A DNA stretch of 63,954 nt, filler included, from Licmophora abbreviata (taxonomy: Eukaryota): the NCBI GenBank assembly GCA_900291995.1. It is 12 parts of 12 records of this genome, joined end to end, with 100 filler letters (N's around TTAATTAATTAA, not from the genome) between each part and the next. Parts side by side here need not be neighbours in the genome. Positions count along the whole stretch, not along the records: positions 55,285 to 62,849 come from OLMU01001677.1; positions 62,950 to 63,954 come from OLMU01001785.1; 10 more parts are not named here. The stretch is one strand, 5' to 3'. The notes beneath the pieces were generated by a model, which was not told the origin of the DNA, ran no database searches, and worked only from the letters and a program-made list of their open reading frames with translations. Shown piece after piece: positions 58,898 to 63,954 of the stretch. The translations under genes and the position numbers were made by a program. Position 1 is the stretch's first letter, and every line of letters begins with the position of its first letter.

Positions 58898-61633
58898 CAC
58901 AACAAAATAGAGATCCTTTTTAGACACGAAATACAATTTCAATTGTTGACACTTATCGAAAGACTTTAAACAATCCGTGTGGGTTTGCTCTGCACCACGA
59001 TGTTTGCGGCAGTGACGAATCGACCCACTATAGTAATACGATGGAATGGCTTCTTTGCACAATGTTATTGCTAGCGTTACGACTGTCCACGCTGCACTTC
59101 TAGTTTTTTTCCGATAAGTCTTCTCGTCCGGATCCTTTCCGTACATTAGCTGGTCGTACTTCTCTTTGGTAATCTTTCCATTTCGTAATTTCTTGTGCAG
59201 TCGTTCCTCTTTGGCAAGCTCGTCCCACTCGTCAAAGATTTGTTGTTGCCGACCTCGTTTCTTGTTCGGATTTCTTCCTTTGTCGATTTCCGCTTGGCGG
59301 TGTTCCTTCTGTCGGCGAATGCGTTCCGCTTGACGCTGCTCAGCCTTGATCTGCTTGGCATTCTTTCCCCCTGCTGCTAGCTCGGCTTTCAGCCTCTTTT
59401 GTCGCGCTTGTTCTCTGACTTTGTCCTTGAACGCGATCGCATGAATATCAACGTCGGGACCCGCTGGCTCGAAGTTGAGCTTGTCAGCTTTGTCTCGTAG
59501 CTCAGGCATCTTTGGAAGTCGCAGAAGGCAGAACAGTGTGGCCAGTTGGCCCAAATCAAGTGACGGGAACCTGTTGGTATCGACGAGCAAACAAACTCTT
59601 CGTTAGTAAAATAGATGCGCGTAGATAACAAATGTGTGGACACTGGGTTCCTGCCTCTCCTGTAGGAACGGCGAAAGACAGGGAATATCGCCCTTGGGAG
59701 ACTACTGATTTTCTCCCTTTCGTTCGATTTCGCATTCGACAGTGACATCCGAACATCATTGGCATATTGCAAAAGACGATCCGTTTTAGATTGCCATCGC
59801 AATATCCCCGAATGGTCGGCAGTAGACCTGTCCTTTGCTTTGAATGACGTGGTTGCATTCAATACAAACTTACCGGAAAATAAAAGCGCAATGGTGCTCT
59901 TTGTAAGCCCGAATGTAGGAGGTGTACGCTTTTGTCCCCTTCTCAAGAAAGTCACGGTCCTCCAACACCATGTTTCGGACCAAAGGAAGTACATCTTGGA
60001 TAGTGACACCAGCGCCCTTAGCGCTACGAAGATTACGAAGTGTTGACGAGTCACGCCTGTGTGATTCTTCTGTTGACCTATGAGCTGCGTCTGGCTTGGA
60101 GTCCGGGTCGGCCCTTATGGGTGCACAGTCCTCTGAATCGGGTAAAGGGAACAAAGGAACCTTTCGATTCTGCAGTAAATCGACGTAGCTTTCTTCTTTT
60201 TCCGTGAGAAATAATAGGCTGCTTCCCACTTTACCCGCTCTCGCTGATCTTCCGACACGGTGTACGAACGAGGCAGGATCCTGCGGCGCATCAAACTGCA
60301 CAACCCAGTTGACATCAGCCACATCCAAACCACGAGAGGCCACATCGGTACACAGCAATACACCACCGTTTACTGAGGGTCCCTTTGCGGAGTCATCGGT
60401 CATGTTTGAACCTTCTCGAAACCGCTCCATGGCCTTCTCTCGGCGCTTCTGCACCATCTTCCCATGAAGCAGTTCGACGTATTGCTCCTTCAAAAGCTGC
60501 TGCAGCGCCATCCCGAAGAATTCTACGCAGGCGCAAGTCAGAAAGAAGACTATCACTTTCTCGTCCCGATGTGTTCGAAGAAACGCTACAAGACGAGAAA
60601 GTTTCTCATCGAGGGGTGACATGATGTAGTAGTTCGTCAATGAAGTTGGGGTTGCTTGCTCCTGAGCACGGGCCAACAGTGACTCATTCTTGCTCCCGGT
60701 ACCCAACGCAAGCTTGTGACTCTCTCCGGTAGATGAATTTCGTGAAGCACTTTCGTCGTTCGTCGCAATCGCTACATTGACCAACACAGGGTTTCGCATG
60801 CCTGCTCGCCGCATCAGCTCTTTAATACCGCGACTCCCTGCGCCGCCTGTTCCCTTTCCGCTCGTTCCAGTGGCACTGAAGATGCCTGTGCGGCGCATCC
60901 GTGGTAACTTCGCCAAGATAGTATTAAGCGTCACATCAAAGCCCATATCCAGCAAGACGTCGGCCTCGTCCAGGACCAGACACTCGAGTTCCGAAACATC
61001 CATGACATCATATCGCGTCAACACATCTTCGATCCTACCAGGCGTTCCAATGATGATGTCGCTTCCTTGCGTCTGAAATGTACGCAGATCCTCAGAAACA
61101 GGACGATAGGAAGATCCTCCTCCCATCAACAGGAGAGGCTCCGCTAGCGATGCGTACTTGCAAAGCTGGCACGCCACATCGTAGGTCTGCTTTGCTAGTA
61201 CTCTAGTCGGACTCAATATGACTGCGGCGACTTGTCGTTTCGTAAGGAGAACAGTCCGTCTAAGAATCATCTCGACAATGGGTATGAGGAAAGCAAGAGT
61301 TTTGCCGCTCCCCGTCACGGCCTGAACGGCAACGTCCTTGTTGGTCAGAAACAAAGGAATCGTAGCTGCCTGCACCGGCGTCATGGAGTGAAACTTCTTT
61401 GACGCAACATACTTCAAAACACCCGGGGAAAGCCGTGGACTGATAGAGTAGAATGCATTCGGATTTGTGGATATAGGAGAAAGATTGTTGTCCTTTGGGC
61501 TCCTTTGCACCTGCGCAGCGCCGTCATTCTCAGCGGGTTCCGTGATGTCGGGCATCGAAGAACTTGATCCGGACTCGGTCGATGACGATTTCTGCCCAGA
61601 CTTTCTCGACTTCTTTCTATTCTTCGATCCCAT
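58883..61633 (-). CDS. DDX55: DEAD-box RNA helicase DDX55/Spb4; intron 59571..59873
   Basis: Q motif TPVQAATIP, AVTGSGKT, LDEAD, FSAT and HRVGRSARAG, plus Spb4-type SYIRAYKEH..IFR, LRLPKMPEL and DEWDELAKEERL.KKL. Confidence 0.93.
59630..59835 (-). ncRNA. Candidate intronic box H/ACA snoRNA, snR30/U17-like
   Basis: Minus strand: H-box-like AGAAAA (59709-59714), then the 3' hairpin GGGCG-AUAUUC-CCUGUCUUUC/GAGAGGCAGG-AACCCAG-UGUCC, then ACA plus 3 nt (59635-59630). The 5' end is approximate. Confidence 0.55.
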
Positions 61634-62048
61634 TGCTCTCTCTGTAACTGCTTTGAATTCTGTGAAATCCTCTGGCGCTGTAGCGGCACGGCAAGCAACA
61701 TTCGTCGGCTTGTTGCCTTGTGTTTGTGTCGCGTTGACGTTTTGGATTTTCTTGTGCGGCGCGCCAAAACATTTGGATGGCTTACAATCAATTGAGGGGC
61801 AGCGTCCGGCCGTCGACTGAAGCAATCACCATGGTGGCGAGAGTGCGATGCATTACTGTCATCTTCTGTGTAATCGAACTGCGACATCACAACACTGTTG
61901 AGTTCCTTATCTTCAGTACTCTATCTCTATTATTCTATGTTCTATTACTCCACGTTGATGCGACTGCATGAGTTTCGCTGACGGCTAACAAGTCTATCGC
62001 CGATTGAGCGGACCCATGCGTCTCTCTATTTCAACACTAGACAGTCTC

Positions 62049-62509
62049 TTAGATGAGCAGAGACATGCGATCCTTAGTGATGACACCGGATTCTCCGATC
62101 TCCGTGAAGATAAGCTCCATTTCGGCGCGGGAGATCTTGCTGGCAGCATGAATGTTATGGATCACGCGGTCCATCCCGTCCAAAGTGATCAGGCCGTCCT
62201 CACGCCTCTTGGCGGCTGAGATGACCTCCTTCTTGAAGCGAGATGGGATCTCCTGAGAATAACTGTGCAAGAAGGAAAAGATACCAGACGACAGCAGAGG
62301 TGAGTGCATCAGAATTTACAGCCCCGAAAGCGAATTCCAACGGTGACACGGCGTGTCACAATTACTTACTGCTGAACGCGGTATTCCTCCAAGACCTGCT
62401 TGAATTTCGTCACGGCTGCGGTTCCCTTGCTCGATAGAGCTCGTTTTTGAGCCGCAACAATAAGCTGGGTGGAGGGAAGGCGGGAAACAGCGGTGCGAAG
62501 AGGCGTCAT
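62049..62509 (-). CDS. Small putative mitochondrial protein with degenerate EF-hand-like helices; intron 62263..62369
   Basis: Presequence-like MTPLRTAVSRLPS...KRALSS. The GTAAGT..CACAG intron joins LEEYRVQH|YSQEIPSRFKKEV. Confidence 0.7.
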
Positions 62510-62949
62510 GGTTGATCAGGTCGTGTCGTCGATGATGTCAAGGTATTGTGAAGTCTGCGAGAAGGCGAACAAAATTCGCGATCAGTCGGAGTTGGCCATG
62601 TCAGAGACGACATCATCAAAACCCATCGCTCGCAAAATCCTTCTATCACTAAATCTGATCAAAGTTTGATGTGAAAGCCATTTGGACAAGATCGCACAGA
62701 TGGGGAGTGTAACACGTGCTTCAACCAGAACCACACAGCCGGTGGTCAACGCACGCACGCCTCAAAATTTTGAAGCAAGATTGGGTTTTACTCTTGCGCG
62801 ATGCACGACTCCGGTGAATGGTACAAGTTAGCACGTTGGGAATGCGGCCNNNNNNNNNNNNNNNNNNNNNNNNNNNNNNNNNNNNNNNNNNNNTTAATTA
62901 ATTAANNNNNNNNNNNNNNNNNNNNNNNNNNNNNNNNNNNNNNNNNNNN

Positions 62950-63227
62950 GGCCGCCATGCGACGAATGCGATGTGCAGCAGGGGCGCCATGAGGTGACCG
63001 ACGATCAGGATCGTCAGATAGGCCGGGCCGTCATCGGCGCGGTGGTGGCTGAGATCCTCGCGGCAGACCGTGCAGGTGTCGCGCACCTTGAGATAGCTTT
63101 TGAGCATCGGCCCGCTGCCGCAATTAGGGCATTTGCGCCGGAACCCCTTGCGCAGGGCCGGCCACAATTGCCGCTCGCCCTCTTGCTCAAGGTGGTGCTC
63201 GTGCTCGTGGTGCTGCGCGTTGGCCAT
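62950..63227 (-). CDS. Bacterial DUF983 family protein, 3'-partial
   Basis: KCPNCGSG....SYLKV...C..C...LSHHRADDGPAYLTILIVGH, with a GAAAGGA Shine-Dalgarno upstream. Confidence 0.9.
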
Positions 63228-63474
63228 GGTCGTCCTTTCCGATCAGGGGCTGACAATGGGCCATTCGCCAAAGGATATGAAGGTGTCAGGTGGTCATTGC
63301 GTCGTGATGTCGCAAATACCCGGCGCGCAAAACGGCAGGGCGGCGCGGCGATCACGTAAGCGTGACCGATTGACGGGGTTCAATGCGACGGAACCTTGCG
63401 GCTGGTCCGTATGACCTTGTGAACCGGCCAGCGTGCCGGTCTCGCATGATGGGAAAGCACAGGAGAAGATTGCC

Positions 63475-63954
63475 ATGAAACGCACCTATCTGATGACCGG
63501 AGCCGTAACGGCTCTGATGATTGCGACAGCCGGTATGGGCGTCGCGCAGCAAGCCATGCAGGGCGGCATGGGAGGCGGTCAGCATGGTCCGGCCTTTGAT
63601 TTCGAGGAGCTCGATGCCGATGGCGACGGTCGGATCACCCAAGACGAGATGGCGGCGCAGGCGCAAGCCCGCTTTGGCGCCGCTGATGCGGATGGCGACG
63701 GCAAGCTGTCATCGCAGGAAATGGCCGAGAGGATGCAAGCGCGCATGATGGAACGCATGGCCCGACGCGCAGAGCAGATGATCGCCCGTCAGGACACCGA
63801 CGGAGACGGCCTGCTGAGCATGGAAGAGATGCAGGCGGGACGCATGGGGCGGATGTTCGACCGTCACGACGCTGACGGGGATGGCGCGATCTCGGCTGAA
63901 GAATTCGAGGACATGGCCAATATGCGCGCCGAACGGATGTCCCGGGCCCATGAT
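63475..63954 (+). CDS. Bacterial secreted EF-hand calcium-binding protein, 3'-partial (absent from the ORF track)
   Basis: AGGAGA RBS at 63461-63466, signal peptide MKRTYLMTGAVTALMIATAG, and EF loops DADGDGRITQDE, DADGDGKLSSQE, DTDGDGLLSMEE and DADGDGAISAEE. Confidence 0.9.
   Translation, partial: MKRTYLMTGAVTALMIATAGMGVAQQAMQGGMGGGQHGPAFDFEELDADGDGRITQDEMAAQAQARFGAADADGDGKLSSQEMAERMQARMMERMARRAEQMIARQDTDGDGLLSMEEMQAGRMGRMFDRHDADGDGAISAEEFEDMANMRAERMSRAHD

Overview
Eukaryotic, gene-dense DNA, most likely from a diatom. Evidence: short GT-AG introns with CTAAC/CTGAC-type branch points, ASAFAP-like bipartite leaders, a p10-before-p20 type III metacaspase and plant-type ALDH12. The window is 12 segments joined by eleven artificial 100-nt linkers (N44-TTAATTAATTAA-N44), and four genes read through a linker, so many linkers are scaffold gaps. 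About 33 nuclear protein genes are supported, with intron boundaries placed by hand: Nup88-like, MscS, P5CDH, two cathepsin L paralogs, a hydantoin racemase, Ku80, metacaspase, RPN7, U2AF65-like, Fcf2, START, AARE, two trypsin-like proteases, NDOR1, PARG, 5-FCL, an RbgA/MTG1-like GTPase, DDX55/Spb4 and others. The last ~1 kb segment is GC-rich bacterial DNA (DUF983 plus an EF-hand protein, Rhodobacteraceae-like). Top leads: (1) a structured H/ACA RNA with snR30/U17-like m1/m2 motifs hidden in the long intron of the DDX55 gene; (2) an intronless sulfotransferase-GT2-GT2-membrane fusion, a candidate sulfated-glycan synthase; (3) a type III metacaspase with Ser at the catalytic Cys position; (4) a spliced 84-aa membrane microprotein carrying an HMGN-like RRSAR motif. 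All family calls come from motif recognition, not database searches.
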